Below the pieces are notes generated by a model that worked only from the letters and a program-made list of their open reading frames with translations, had not been told where the DNA came from and did not search any database. This document shows, piece by piece, positions 25,647 to 40,155 of a stretch of 64,000 bases of DNA; within the stretch, counting starts at the first letter, position 1; each line of letters starts with the position of its first letter. The stretch lies in contig OZ024747.1 in the NCBI GenBank assembly GCA_964016885.1, forward strand, positions 82,770,001 to 82,834,000, read 5' to 3'. The DNA is from Eledone cirrhosa. Taxonomy: Eukaryota. The translations under genes were made by a program, and so were the position numbers.

Positions 25647-26477
25647 AATATAACAAGATTCTTAAATGATCTTACTACTGCTCGAATATAAACTTGACTT
25701 TCTGGCCTAGACTACCGATGTAATTTAAGTCCTATCCACCGCACGCTTTGTGGGGTACAGCTCCTGGGTGACTTTGAGGTATTCGAAGATTATTAGAATC
25801 TTGATGTACTTATAAACCTCAGTTGACTACATCATGTTGCGTTTACCACTTACTGGTGGTGTGTTGTCATCGAGGTTAAGTCAGATTTAATTTGGTGGGA
25901 GAGGGCGTCTAAACAATAAGTCTCCGTTGACAACAGGAGTTAGAAGGAGAGGGAAGAGGTTTTATTTACCACAAGTGTGACGACATGGAAAATATTTAAT
26001 AACCTTTCAATAATAAAACAAATAATGATTGCAATACTACTACTGCTATTGATGATGGTGATGTTGATGACGATGACGACGACGATGACGATAACAACGG
26101 TGACGTTGTTGGTGGTGAAGATGACGACAACGATGATGATGCTCATGATAGCGGTGGTAGTAGTGGTGGTGGTGGTGGTGGTGGGGTGAAGATGATGACG
26201 ACGGTGACGACGATAATGGTCATCATAGCGGCGGTGGTGGAGTGCGTCGCCATCGCCGTCGACGCCGTCACAGTAGTAGCAGTGTTTATATTCTTGCTTA
26301 AAGCTAGGATTTTACTCGTCAGTAGATAAAAATATTAACCTCAACTCTTTCTCCTGCATTACTATTGCGATGTGAATAATTCGAGTAATATAATTTCATC
26401 TTTCTTCCCCCTTTTATAATATTTTCTATTTATCTTTACTTTACTTGATTTTAGATTTAATATTTACAAAACTGTAT

Positions 26478-27066
26478 ATGTGTATGTATGTATGTATGTA
26501 TGTATGTATGTATGTATGTATGTATGTATGTGAGTATGTATGTATGTATGTGAGTATGTATGTATGTATGTAAGTATGTATGTATGTAAGTATGCATGTA
26601 TGTATGTATGTATCTATGTATGTATGTATGTATGTATGTATGTATGTATGTATGTATGCATGTATGTATGTATGTATGTGAGTATGTATGTATGTATGTA
26701 TGTATGTATGTATGCATGTATGTATGTATGTATGTATGTATGTATGTATGTATGTATGTGAGTATGCATGTATGTATGTATGTATGTATGTATGTATGTA
26801 TGTATGTATGTATGCATGTATGTATGTATGTATGTATGTATGTATGTATGTGAGTATGTATGTATGTATGTGTGTATGTATGCATGTATGTATGTATGTA
26901 TGTGAGTATGTATGTAGGTATGTATGTATTCCTGATGTATGTATGTGAGTATGTATGTATGTGAGTATGTATGTATGTATGTATGTATGTATGTATGTAT
27001 GTGAGTATGTATGTATGTATGTATGTGAGTATGTATGTATGTATGTATGTATGTATTCCTGATGTA
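26478..27066. repeat. (TATG)n microsatellite with TGAG/CATG variants
   Basis: Seen directly. Confidence 0.95.
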
Positions 27067-27459
27067 TGCGTGGATGTATGAGCAAAGAATATATAGTTCC
27101 TTCAACATAAGCACGCACAGACATATACACGTGTGTATATATGTGTTTGTGTATTTGTGTGTGTATGTGTGTGTGTGTGTGCGTTAGTGTGTGTGTATGT
27201 GTGTGAGTGTGGTGTGTGAGAGAGAGATTATATATATATAAATATATTGATATATATATATATAATATGTACGTACATTAATCTTCTTTTTCTCTAAGTT
27301 CATTTGATTCATACATTCATTCAAACACAAGAACGAACGCCCACACACACCCACTAACATATAATAGTTTGCCGCTGAGTAAATATATAGACCCATGTAT
27401 GTATGTATGTGCATATATATATATGTGTGTGTGTGAATTTATAAACACACAAACACATG

Positions 27460-27528
<69 letters not shown>

Positions 27529-27643
27529 TCCTATGTATAATATGTATAGTCATCTTTTCACCTCCATAATTTTCTATTTCTCTCTTTGTATATTTACTTA
27601 ACTCTCGCTCTATATCGCCACCTCTCTTTCTCTCTCTCTGTCG

Positions 27644-27732
<89 letters not shown>

Positions 27733-27738
27733 GAGAGA

Positions 27739-27789
<51 letters not shown>

Positions 27790-27953
27790 TGAGAGAGAGA
27801 GAGAGGGGGAGAGAGAGAGAGAGAGAGAGAGAGAGTGAGAGTGAGAGATTATATATATGAAATTTTATAAAACTGGAGGAATGTCAATTAATGTTTACAT
27901 ATATATATATATGTGTGTGTGTGTCTAGGTATGTATATATATATATATAAATG

Positions 27954-28001
<48 letters not shown>

Positions 28002-28375
28002 TGTCCCGTTCTCTCCGCCTATCCATCTTGCCATACGTCTGTCTATGTCTATTTTCGCGGTGATCTCAAGAAAACGTAAAAATTTAATAATCAGTAAAAT
28101 AAATAATAAATAATAATAAATAGAAGGAAAATAAAAACAAAGAAGAGTAAACTTTATTTTAAATACATTTATAATTGCATTAAATTCGTCTGCAGACAAC
28201 ATTCGAATGACTAGGTTGTGGTGGTGGTAGGAGTAGTGGTGGTGGCGGTGGTAGTGGAGGTGGTGGTAGGAGTAGTGGTGGTGGCGGTGGTAGTGGAGGT
28301 GGTGATGGTGGTGGTAGTGGTGGTGATAGTAATGGGGGGGGGTAGTAGTAGTGGTGGTAGTGTCATATAGTGGTA

Positions 28376-28666
<291 letters not shown>

Positions 28667-28860
28667 GTACGTGATGGGGGAGGCATGATTTGTATAAATA
28701 TGAAGTAGGAAGTATGAAGACTGATCTGCATGAAGAACATGGCTGAGTTGGTAACACGGAGATACAAAAACATGGATGAATTGATAACACGTAGATACGT
28801 ACAACACAGAAGTAGGTCAGCAGTATATAGAATATATATACCTGCGTATACATGTTTGTG

Positions 28861-29012
<152 letters not shown>

Positions 29013-29539
29013 TGTACATATATACATATATATACATATATACATATATACATATATGTATATACATATATACATATATATACATATATATACATATATA
29101 TACATCTATATATATATAAACATAAACCACAAGACACGCACATAAGCATATGTATGTATGTATGTGTCTATATATTTATGTATGCATGTGTGTGTCTATA
29201 TATTATGTATGTATGTGTGAGTCTGTTATGTATTTATAATGGTCAACAGAAGAAGTGAGATAGGAAAAAATTTGATTTCATAGTTGGGTCAATAATAGTT
29301 AAATAAATGTCGTATATTTTTTATTAGATTCATTTAGATTCATACATCTAAACACACACACAGCCGAACACAAGCATATATAGTTTCCCTGGCCATGATT
29401 TTCTTGAAGATATTACTATGCCGGTGTTGAGAGCATCTAATCATATTGATCCTACCTGACTAGAAAAGACGAAATAGATCTCTTCCTAAGTAATACATAA
29501 ACGATAAAAACTATAAAACATATTCAAAGATGTAGTCAG

Positions 29540-29910
29540 AGGCTGAATTGTTTAGGAGCCTGCATCACCAGAACGTGATTTCAAGATCCCTCCACCATAC
29601 TGCATAGTTCTGGGCGAGTGTCTTCTACTGTAGCCTTGTGTTGATCAAAGCCACTTCTGTAAAATCTGGCAGGTGAAAACTGCAGAGGTCTGTCGTATAT
29701 ATGTGAATATGTGTGTGTTTGTATGCATGTGTGTGAATCTGTGTGTGTGTATCTCGTAACTTAGCAGGTCGACAAAAATGATATCGATAAAATATGTACC
29801 ATACTTGAAAAATAAATAATGGTGTAAGCATGGTCGACTAAATCCCTTTAAGTAGGTGCCCCAGCATGACCGAAGGCTAATGACTGAAACCACTAAAAAA
29901 TTAAAAGACC
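29540..29910 (+). mobile_element. Second SINE family (tRNA-like head, internal (TG)n), diverged
   Basis: Head/core ..GGGCGAGTGTCTTCTACTGTAGCC.. and tail GGTCGACTAAA..GGTGCCCCAGCATGACC..ATGACTGAAAC. Related pieces at ~35135-35495, ~46187-46340 and ~56995-57150 (minus strand). Confidence 0.55.
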
Positions 29911-30517
29911 GTTGAAAGTATATCGGATTATTGGCCTCACATTACCCATTATTGACGCAGTGTTTTGTTTAAAACTAAGTCTGCGCTATTTTTTGAAGCA
30001 CATTGTTGAGTTAATCCTTTTGATATTAAACCGGTTGAAACTGGCCTTGGTTCTATGACGTAAAGCTGTTTGTTTTAAAACCTTTTACCATCATAATTTT
30101 ATGTGAGAACCATCGTTAAGCTATACTACAAACACCATCTTAATAATGAGAAAGTTGATTATATTACTAGATCCCTCTAAATTCTTCATTATACTCAGAA
30201 TGGTTTTATAATTATAAGCTGTGTCTTTCATTAGAAATATGGTCATTAAAATGTTGATTTAAGTGTTATTGGTACGCAATACATAACATAACACATTCTG
30301 TGGAACTTGAGATGACAATGTGAAACTGTTCTAGTACTCTAATATTCAGAACTCTCCCTTCCCGCCCCAAATGTCTATTAGTTGTACCATTACGACCAGA
30401 CATTGCTTCTTTCTTAATCGATCACCCCATATTAACCTCGTTAAACAAATACTTTCAAACATACAAACAGCGAATACATAGATACATACATGTATATACA
30501 TATATATATATATTTAT

Positions 30518-30710
30518 ATAATATAGAAATTGCTTCTACAGGACTAGAAATATTTCATTCGGGAGAAATCATCAGGAAGTCCTGATGATTTCTCCCGAAT
30601 GAAATAGTTCTAGTCCTGTAGAAGCCATTTCTATATTAAATATTTATACTCTACTTTGTATTGAGTACCTTACTTAATGTGGTTACCCTTGATTGAACCC
30701 GGGATAAACT
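30518..30710 (+). mobile_element. Fold-back PLE pLTR-like relic, family A
   Basis: ~57-bp inverted arms around AAGT (30577-30580). The right arm starts CCTGATGA-TTTC-TCCC-GAAT-GAAA and extends to (TA)n. Confidence 0.7.
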
Positions 30711-30735
30711 TATATATATATGTATATATATATAT

Positions 30736-30865
30736 AATAGCTTTCACCGTATTTTGACTAAAGGAATTTCTTTAGTCAAAATAAAATTCCTTTAGTCAAA
30801 AATACGGTGAAAGCTATTCTATTTTCTAATTTCAAACCTGCTTACTGTTTCAAAACATACTTACT

Positions 30866-30867
<2 letters not shown>
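30736..30867 (+). mobile_element. Small fold-back insert between (TA)n tracts
   Basis: AATAGCTTTCACCGTATTTTGACTAAAGGAATTT pairs with AAATTCCTTTAGTCAAAAATACGGTGAAAGCTATT. The tail recurs at ~31114-31168. Confidence 0.6.
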
Positions 30868-30935
<68 letters not shown>

Positions 30936-31055
30936 CACAATTCATTTTATATATTTAACAACTATTCTTTTCAGCGTTACATACACAAACACACGTATAT
31001 ACATACATACATACATACATACATACATACATACATACATACATACATACATACA

Positions 31056-31089
<34 letters not shown>

Positions 31090-31199
31090 CAAACATACAT
31101 ACATACACACACACCTATTTCTACTAAATTTCTAATCGCTCGCTGTTTCAAAACAAACTTACTTGTTATATATATACATATATATATAAATAATATATA

Positions 31200-31230
<31 letters not shown>

Positions 31231-31630
31231 GGGTGTGTGGGTGGGTGTATTACACTTTGATCATAGATATATTACACTATAGATAGAAATCTATATATTA
31301 GTGTAGGAGGATAAATAGAATTACCAACATATATAATACATCTTCGAACATCATAAATATATAAAAGCTGTATTTATGTTTTGTCATCTACAGATAGTTT
31401 ACAATATATTTTCTTATATTATATCGATATATATATGTGTGATATTATATCGCATATATTATACTATGTAAATTTAAAAGTGTAACATATTTGATATAAT
31501 ATGTTTCTAGAGAGAGATAGAGAGGGGGTGTTGGGGGGCGGTGAGAGAGTGATCAACAAAGCTACGCGCTTTGAAAAGAAATAGTTAAATGTCGAAAATA
31601 AGAGAATAGAGGGAATGAGATACTCTAGAC

Positions 31631-31832
31631 CAGACATGTCAAACATGCGGCCCTTTACAAGCACACATACGGCCCACACAAAGGTTTTTACAGCGCGGGC
31701 ATGTTTTATATCCGTAATATTAAATTTTTTTTAATTAGTTGTAATGTGCGCAATTAGTTGTAATGTGTGGCCCTCAGACAACACATATGTAACCCATGTG
31801 GCCCTCCGGCGACCCTCAGTTTGACATGCCTG
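31631..31832. mobile_element. hAT (Charlie-type) MITE
   Basis: TIRs CAGACATGTCAAAC / GTTTGACATGCCTG, 8-bp TSD CTCTAGAC/CTCTAGAT, and internal GCGGCCC/GTGGCCC motifs. Confidence 0.85.
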
Positions 31833-32285
31833 CTCTAGATCCTAGTCAATGAGGTATATCTGATTTATATACTTGTTGTTTTTGTACATGTGTGTGATCG
31901 ATGAAGGTATCAATATTTCCGTGAAGAGATCGATGACCTAAAAGATTTGGGGGTCCCTGTACTTTTATAGTGTGTCTAGAGTTATAGAAGCGATAAGAAG
32001 ATCTTGTTATTTAGACCAAGATCAGTTGTGATGAAGAGGACCTATTAATTGAGGGCGCTCCATCCATGACCATTCAATCAGTTGTTCAGATATATTGTAT
32101 TACATTATCAAATATGTCCTTTCTTTTCTCAAAACATTTTATGTAGATTAACTCACTATTTCTAGCAGATTGAATGACTTCTTTGGCTTAGTTGTAGGTG
32201 GCGCTATTACTGGAAGTGTCATCATGGTGGAGATTAGCATTTTAGAAACAAGTGATATAACAGAATATGCCTTTCGTGGTAATCT

Positions 32286-32373
<88 letters not shown>

Positions 32374-32441
32374 TGTTGTTGTTTTTCTCAATGTTGCTGC
32401 AGTTTCTTGTTACAAAAATGACGAATACTCTGTGAGAAGGT

Positions 32442-32487
<46 letters not shown>

Positions 32488-32746
32488 AACAAATATGAGA
32501 AAGACGAAGACGACAAAGACAACAGCAATGATGGCGATGATAGTGATGGTTCTGATGGCATTTTCTGCCGTTATCTAAGGTAATATGGTAAGAAGTAACG
32601 AGCACTAACCTACAAACGGGATGGGACAAGCTGTATGTATTGTAAATAATACATCGGCTTGACGTCAGCAAATCAGCTAAATAGCAAAACCTACATACGT
32701 TTGTATATATATATATACATACATAAAATATATATACACACACATA

Positions 32747-32785
<39 letters not shown>

Positions 32786-32810
32786 GTATATATATATATA
32801 TATATATATA

Positions 32811-33238
32811 GTTAAAAGAATAGAGGTGTAACACACAAGTTATTATATATTGGTAAACGGAATAGAAAATAGCTGACAAATTGTTCACAGTTGAAAAATG
32901 GTTTAATTAGGAATAAAAGAGTATTAGTGATTGTATGGGTTAGTATTCAGTTGTGGTTTTAAGTTTTTAAGATTTTACCGGTTGCGCATTTCTAAATGCT
33001 TTTCAAAAATAATTTTGAGATAGAGTGTCCGTGTTGTTTGCTCAGATCAGAGCAAACAACACGGACACTCTATCTCAAAATTATTTTTGAAAAGCATTTA
33101 GAAATGCGCAACCGGTAAAAACTTAAAAACTTAAAACCACAACTGAATACTAACCCATACAATTACTAATACTCTTTTATTCCTAATTAAACCATTTTTC
33201 AACTGTGAACAATTTGTCAGCATTTTCTATTCCGTTTA

Positions 33239-33247
<9 letters not shown>
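32811..33247. mobile_element. ~200-bp-arm palindrome between (TA)n tracts (probable inverted pLTR relic)
   Basis: Arms 32845-33043 and 33050-33247 with a 6-nt spacer AGATCA and few mismatches. The left arm has a ~35-bp one-sided extension. Confidence 0.75.
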
Positions 33248-33293
<46 letters not shown>

Positions 33294-33355
33294 ATAACTA
33301 GAACCGTTAAGGTATATCATCCTTGGTTATGTCAAAATTTATAAAACACACTTCG

Positions 33356-33417
33356 TATTTTATCTGATGATAGCGTACCAAAATGTTTGGTACCCTTGAA
33401 ATATATATAATAGAATA
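33356..33417 (+). ncRNA. Type-I hammerhead ribozyme motif
   Basis: UAUUUUAU-CUGAUGA-UAGCGUACCAAA-AUG-UUUGGUACCCUU-GAAA-UAUAUA-UA-AUAGAAUA. Stem I is 8 bp. Lies in a (TA)n-flanked insert (33291-33460). Confidence 0.75.
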
Positions 33418-33456
33418 AATATGGTTTTATAAATATAGTTTCCATTTATTTAATAT

Positions 33457-33537
<81 letters not shown>

Positions 33538-34254
33538 TAATATCTTCCTTGTGAAATTTGTGGTCTTGTTTTGCTTAACTAATGAATATATATATATATA
33601 TATATGCATTGGTGATTTTATTCATGGTTTCTATTTACGTATTACATGATATTTTGGCAGTACGTAGCATATGTGAGGTGAAACTAGTGGATTTGGAGAA
33701 TGCCCAACGCACTGTTATAAATATATATATATATATGACCATCCCATCTTTATTTGAGACATGAGTATGTATGTATGTATGTTCTTCTGGTTTTATAATT
33801 TTATAAAGTTTTACCAATAGAAAGAGAGTCGGTTTTTAACATAGATACAAGAGTCTCTCATTGGAATTTACACAACTAGGTAGATGTATGCATGTCTGCA
33901 TGCACGTATATGTATGCAGATGTATGTATTATCTATGTGTGTTCATGTATTAATAAGTAATAACACTGCCACAGCGTGATTCAGAAAAATAGCACATATG
34001 GAGTCAAAGAATGTTTTTGTATAATAAACATAGATTTAGTCTGGCTGTGAATATATAATTACAGCTTAGAATACACAACGACACTAAATGTGTGTTAATC
34101 ATAATAAACATATTTTATCTGGGTCTATATACATTTTATATATATGTGTGTAGTTGTGTTAGAGTATATGTGCGTGTGAGTGTAGTTAGCTGTATCACTG
34201 TATGTGCGCCTGTATATATGCACGTGATTGTAGGAAGCTGTATCGCAGTATGTG

Positions 34255-34357
<103 letters not shown>

Positions 34358-34360
34358 ACA

Positions 34361-34558
<198 letters not shown>

Positions 34559-35550
34559 TGTATGTATAGTATATTTGGCAATATACTGTATGTTTAATTA
34601 AAAACATTTAGAAGACCATTCGCTATGAGTTTTAAAATAGTGACTATGTCACTTATTCTCGGCAAATAACAACTGAGAGTGATCGACCAATACTATAAAT
34701 ATATATATATATCGCTAATATATATATCTCGCTAAAACAATCTCTATACCTTTCATTTATATATATAGTTTTATATCAGCATATATGCGTTTCTTTGCAT
34801 GTGAGTGTGTGTAATTGTATAGTTTTATCTCAGCGTGTATGTGTTCCCGGTCACAGATTTCTGTGATAATTAAATTAACTAAATATCTCCAGTTACTGCC
34901 AATAGATGCATGGAATGGAGAGCAATCTAATGTTTAAGTAACCCATCTTAACCAAATTTCCATCTCCCATAAATGTATTATGTGTTTCTCTACTACTTAT
35001 TCGGCTCTCATCATTAATCTAGCCAATAAATCTAACAGCATCCAATTATTCACTTGTTAATTTTCCCTCTTAATTACTTACCAAGTCATAATAGAGCCTT
35101 TGGTGTAAAATGGGAGATACACGGCACAGGCATCGCTGAGCAACCGTGAGGTTTCGTGTTCTGTCCCACTGCGTGCTACCTTGGGCAAACGTCAGTTACA
35201 ATAGCTTAGAATTGTCAAAGCCTTTTTCAGTAGAAACCTGTAAACAAAATCACTGGGAAATCCCACCGCGTACGTACGTGTGAGCGCGTGCGTCAGTATG
35301 TGTGTACGTGTGTATGTACATTTACTGTGCGTGTGTACGTTTACTGTTTCGTTAGGTCTGGAACATAACGGTTCGACACAATAAGAACTAGACTTGAGAA
35401 AAATAAAAAAATAGGGGTCGATATGATTGACTAAAAATACCTTCAAAGCTGTGTCACATCATGGTCGTTGTCACATGACAGAAACTAGTAAAGGAATATA
35501 TGTTTGTGTGCGTATATATATTTATATATATATATATATACACGCACAGC

Positions 35551-35581
<31 letters not shown>

Positions 35582-35688
35582 AGTTCCTCAGTGAATTAAC
35601 AACCCAACAAGGAACTGGGCATATCAGAGTATTGACAATATTATACACCTAAACAACATATGTACTTGTCTATACCATACTAATTCAA

Positions 35689-35743
35689 ACTGCCTGAAGA
35701 GGTCACAGCCAAAGATGGCTGTCACTGAAATATATATAGCAGT
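35689..35743 (+). ncRNA. Type-I hammerhead ribozyme motif
   Basis: ACUGC-CUGAAGA-GGUCACAGCCA-AAGA-UGGCUGUCACU-GAAA-UAUAUA-UA-GCAGU, followed immediately by AATAAA. Lies in a (TA)n-flanked insert (35581-35891). Confidence 0.8.
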
Positions 35744-35889
35744 AATAAACGAAGCTAAATTTTAATCATTTGACTTTTATTTAACTTTATTTTACACTAC
35801 TCCGGAGTAACCAAACCAACCTGCGCACTTCGTCGAGTGCTCCAGCCTGCATACTGAGGTGTTGGTATACAACCAACATAAACTCAAAA

Positions 35890-35932
<43 letters not shown>

Positions 35933-35944
35933 TTATTTATTTAT

Positions 35945-36190
35945 TAAAAGAACATTAAATTTTAGGCAAAGAATCGCTGCTTTCACCCTTAACGGGATCT
36001 TCTGAAACTAAAAAAAATCAATCTGTTTTTTTTTAGTTTCAGAAGATCCCGTTAAGGCTGAAAGCAGCGATTCTTTGCTTAAACTTTATTTAATCTGTTA
36101 TTTAAAAAAATATTTGCTCTAAAGTTCTTATATATTTGATATATATTTATCCTTATCGAGCCCTCTTTGGATTTTAGTCTTCACATTTAT
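35945..36190 (+). mobile_element. Fold-back insert with a degenerate hammerhead core
   Basis: Arms ~35962-36017 and 36025-36083. The minus-strand arm reads CAGAAGA-UCCC-GUUAA-GGGU-GAAA. Confidence 0.55.
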
Positions 36191-36268
36191 TATTATTATT
36201 ATTATTATATTATTATATATATATATATATATATAGTTCAAGAATGACAAGCCGAAGACATATATATA

Positions 36269-36888
36269 TATATGTATATGGTAGCTGCCAACTCGTTTTC
36301 GAGTACGGCCACTTCTTTATATCCACGTAGGAGAACCCCTACCGAGGCACTGAACGAGTGGGACTTTTTAGTCCAGCCAGTGACTTGAAAACTCTGGTAC
36401 AAACACTACACTTGTGACAATTATTGACACATAGTGCTGGGCCCATGGTACCATGTGATGACAAGTGCAGAGAGATTTCCAGATATAAAGCAATGCCTGT
36501 GCCGTGAAGCTTTTATAATGAGCAAAGGCACTGCACAAAGCCAGTCCCACTCTCTTAACCAAGATGATATTTACCAAAAAGAAGAACAAGTCAACATCAT
36601 TGGATACCATCAGGGTTGCAGGTGTTATATCAGAGTTTTCCTTCTCCTAGAATTCTGCCTTGACAAAGGCTAAGAGGTCATCTCTTCCACTGATTTTGGA
36701 TGGCCATTGACTCTTAAGAGCTCCTTTGCCCTTTGACAGGTTTTGTTTTTTGTCCTGCAGGATGTCCAAAGTCACCCTCCTCACCAAGAAACCTTGGTGG
36801 GGTTGCCAGTTTAGTCGCCAACGACCCGACCATGGGACAGGTTGTACTGGGATACATGTTACCAGTAGTACCAACTGGTGACCTGACC
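36269..36888 (-). mobile_element. Non-coding non-autonomous retroelement with a long TSD
   Basis: Flanked by a ~35-bp direct repeat ATAGTTCAAGAATGA(C/G)AAGCCGAAGACATATATAT (36233.. and 36889..). Homologous to 39575-40155 and 43635-44156. Confidence 0.7.
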
Positions 36889-37071
36889 ATAGTTCAAGAA
36901 TGAGAAGCCGAAGACATATATATTTGTGTATATGTATATACATACATATATACATACATATATGCACACATGTATGCATGATGCATGTCTGAGCCATGTG
37001 TATAACATAATTAATTTTATTCTAGTGTAATTCCTGTGATTATTTAAGCATACAATATATAGATTGTTGCC

Positions 37072-37312
37072 AATGACGGTGGGGATGATAATAATGACGG
37101 TGCTGATGATGATAATGACGGTGGGGATGATAATAAAGACGGTGGTGATGATAATAATGACGGTGGGGATGATAATAATGACGGTGCTGATGATGATAAT
37201 GACGGTGGGGATGATGATAATGACGGTGGTGATGATGATAATGACGGTGGGGATGATGATAATGACGGTGGTGATGATGATAATGACGGTGGGGATGATG
37301 ATAATGATGGTG
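37072..37312. repeat. 21-bp minisatellite (ATGACGGTGG(G/T)GATGAT(G/A)ATA)n
   Basis: Seen directly. Confidence 0.9.
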
Positions 37313-37547
37313 AACGGTATAGCATTAGTAGAGGAAGTGTTCATGATAATGGTGGTGTGATTAGTGGAGATGGTGAAGGTGGTGGCGACTGTGCTTATTA
37401 TGTTGTCGATGACATTAGCCCATAATGCAATGTAACACATGCCGGAAGTGATTCGATTGCTAACTAATCATCAGATCGTTCTGCCCTCAGAAATCTGTCA
37501 ACTACACACAAATATACTCAGAAACACACACACAGACGCACACAAAG

Positions 37548-37628
<81 letters not shown>

Positions 37629-37641
37629 TGTATGAGTGTGT

Positions 37642-37747
<106 letters not shown>

Positions 37748-38106
37748 TGTATGAGTGTGTATATATATATAATATATATAGAGAGAGAGAGGGGAGGGAG
37801 AGAGAGGGAGAGAGGGAGAGAGAGGGACAGGGAGAGAGGGAGGGAGAGATGTTGGTGGATACATATATATATATATAAGTAGATAGATAAATGTGTGTGT
37901 GGCTATATATATATATATATATATGATCACTAGCGAACCTCTATGAAAGTAGGGCGCCATTTTATCTCCTCTGTTTTCTCTGTTGACACCCCTCAAATAA
38001 TGTTCTCTCAGTCGATAATGAACAGCTAAAACTAAAGATTATGTTAATTAAAATTGATTTAGTATAAACATTGCATATATATATATATATATATGGGTGT
38101 GTAATC

Positions 38107-38153
<47 letters not shown>

Positions 38154-39025
38154 TTTGTGATGAGGATATATACACACAGGTTGATGATGATGATGTTGGT
38201 GGTGTTTTAGTGTAAAGTTTTACATGCACGTGTGTGGACTTACGTACATATCTGCATATATATACACATATACACACTTACCTGCATACATACACATATA
38301 TACACATATATACACATATATACACATACGTACATATCTGCACACATACACATATACGCACATACATACACACATACACATATACACACATACGTACATA
38401 CTTGCAGACACACACATATACACACATACGTACATACCTGTATCCATACACATATACACACATACGTACATACCTGCAGATATACACATATACACACACA
38501 CATACATACATACATACATACATACATACAGATACACATATACACACATCCACACATACACACATACATACATACATACAAACATACATACATATATACA
38601 TACATACATACATACATACATACATACATACATACATACATACATACATACATACATACATACATACATTTGTGTGTTTTTGTCTTTTTAGGAATATGAT
38701 GTGCACATATCTGTGTGTGTGTGTAGGTGTGTGTCTGTGTATGTAGGTGTGTGTGTGTGTGTGTGTGTGTGCATGCTACTTAATTGATTTCTTATTACTG
38801 TTGTTGATTTAATAAATAAATAAATATATATAAATATGCATGTCTGTGTCAGTATGTAAGTGTATGTGTAAGTATCTGTGTGTGTGTGCGTAAGTGTCTG
38901 TGTTTGTATGTAAGTGTATGTGTATGTGTATGTGTCTCTGTGTATATGTAAGTGTCTAAGTGTGTGTGTGCGCGTAAGTGTCTAAGTGTGTGGTTGTCTA
39001 TTTATTTCTGTGGTTATTTTTTTTA

Positions 39026-39056
<31 letters not shown>

Positions 39057-39574
39057 ATGTGTGTGTTTGTGATTATTTCTTTGTGTGTGTAAGTGTGTGT
39101 GTGTAAGTGTGTGTTTGTCAGTGTGTGTGTTTATGTGTTGTTATGTATCTGTTGAGGTACTTTAGTTTTTATGTGACTGTTATATAATCAATTTATTTGT
39201 TAGTAAAGCTGTTATGACTGTTTTGTCTTTATATCTTATATTATTTCTTTCTTTGTTATTGTTGTTGTTGTTGTTGTCAGCAGTGGTTTGTTGTGATGTC
39301 ATCGTTACTTTAGTTTTCTCTTCGTTGCAAGTTAGCCTTTTTTTTACTATTTTTTCCTTGTCTGTTTTCTTCTCATTTGATAGTCTTTGATTAGGTTAAG
39401 AGTTATCTCTATGCCAGCCACATCTCTAGACGTCAGCCAACGTAACCAAGAGAAATCAATCAAACAGCACCTGTCACCCAGGTCAAGTAACCATTAAACC
39501 AACCAAGAAACTAATTAACCAGCCAACCAGCCAACACAGCTAGGTACCACATCAACTCTAGGTATGTATGTATG

Positions 39575-40155
39575 TTATGCCAAGTCGTTCTCGAGTGCTA
39601 CGGGTTACATGTTAACATGTAACGCAGTTCAACCTGTCTCATGGTCGGGTCGTCGGCGACTAAACCGGCAACCCACTAAGCTAGCTTGGTGAGAAGGGTG
39701 ACATTTGGACAGCCTGCGGGATGAAATGCAAGACCCGGCAAAGGGTGGAGGAACTCAGCAGAGTCAACGGCCAAACTCTATAATCTGACAAGCGATTGCA
39801 GTACTCTTAGTAGAGTATGCAGCCATCATGTATGTATGTATGTATGAGATCTCTCTTCATTAAAACATCTCTTTAGGAGAAGGTCACTTTGATATAAAAC
39901 CTAGACGAGTTCTTCTTTGGGGGCAAATGCATTTGATGTTCAGAGAGTGGGATTGACCCGTGCAAAGCCTTTCCTCGCTTAAAAAAGCTTCAAGCACAGG
40001 TATTGCTTGATGCATGACATTTGTTACTATGCATGGTATTGCTGGCCATAGGCAAGTCCCTAGCAGGACTAAAAAGCCACGTCCGTGTTGCTCATGCTTA
40101 AATATCAAGCAATGTATTATTTGAAATCGAGTTCCAGCCATCATCATGTATGTAT
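39575..40155 (+). mobile_element. Two tandem pieces of the same non-autonomous family, each ending CAGCCATC(ATC)ATG(TATG)n
   Basis: Shared blocks GGTCGGGTCGTCGGCGACTAAACCGG, TAGGAGAAGG and TCAGAGAGTGGGATTG. Confidence 0.65.

Noticed and set aside
36770-36860. Twister ribozyme in the head of the non-autonomous family
   Set aside because: Superficial UAAC..GUCCCA..GAGGG resemblance only. The CCC is not conserved in the other copies (UCUCA, UCGCA) and the element order does not fit. It needs an Infernal scan.
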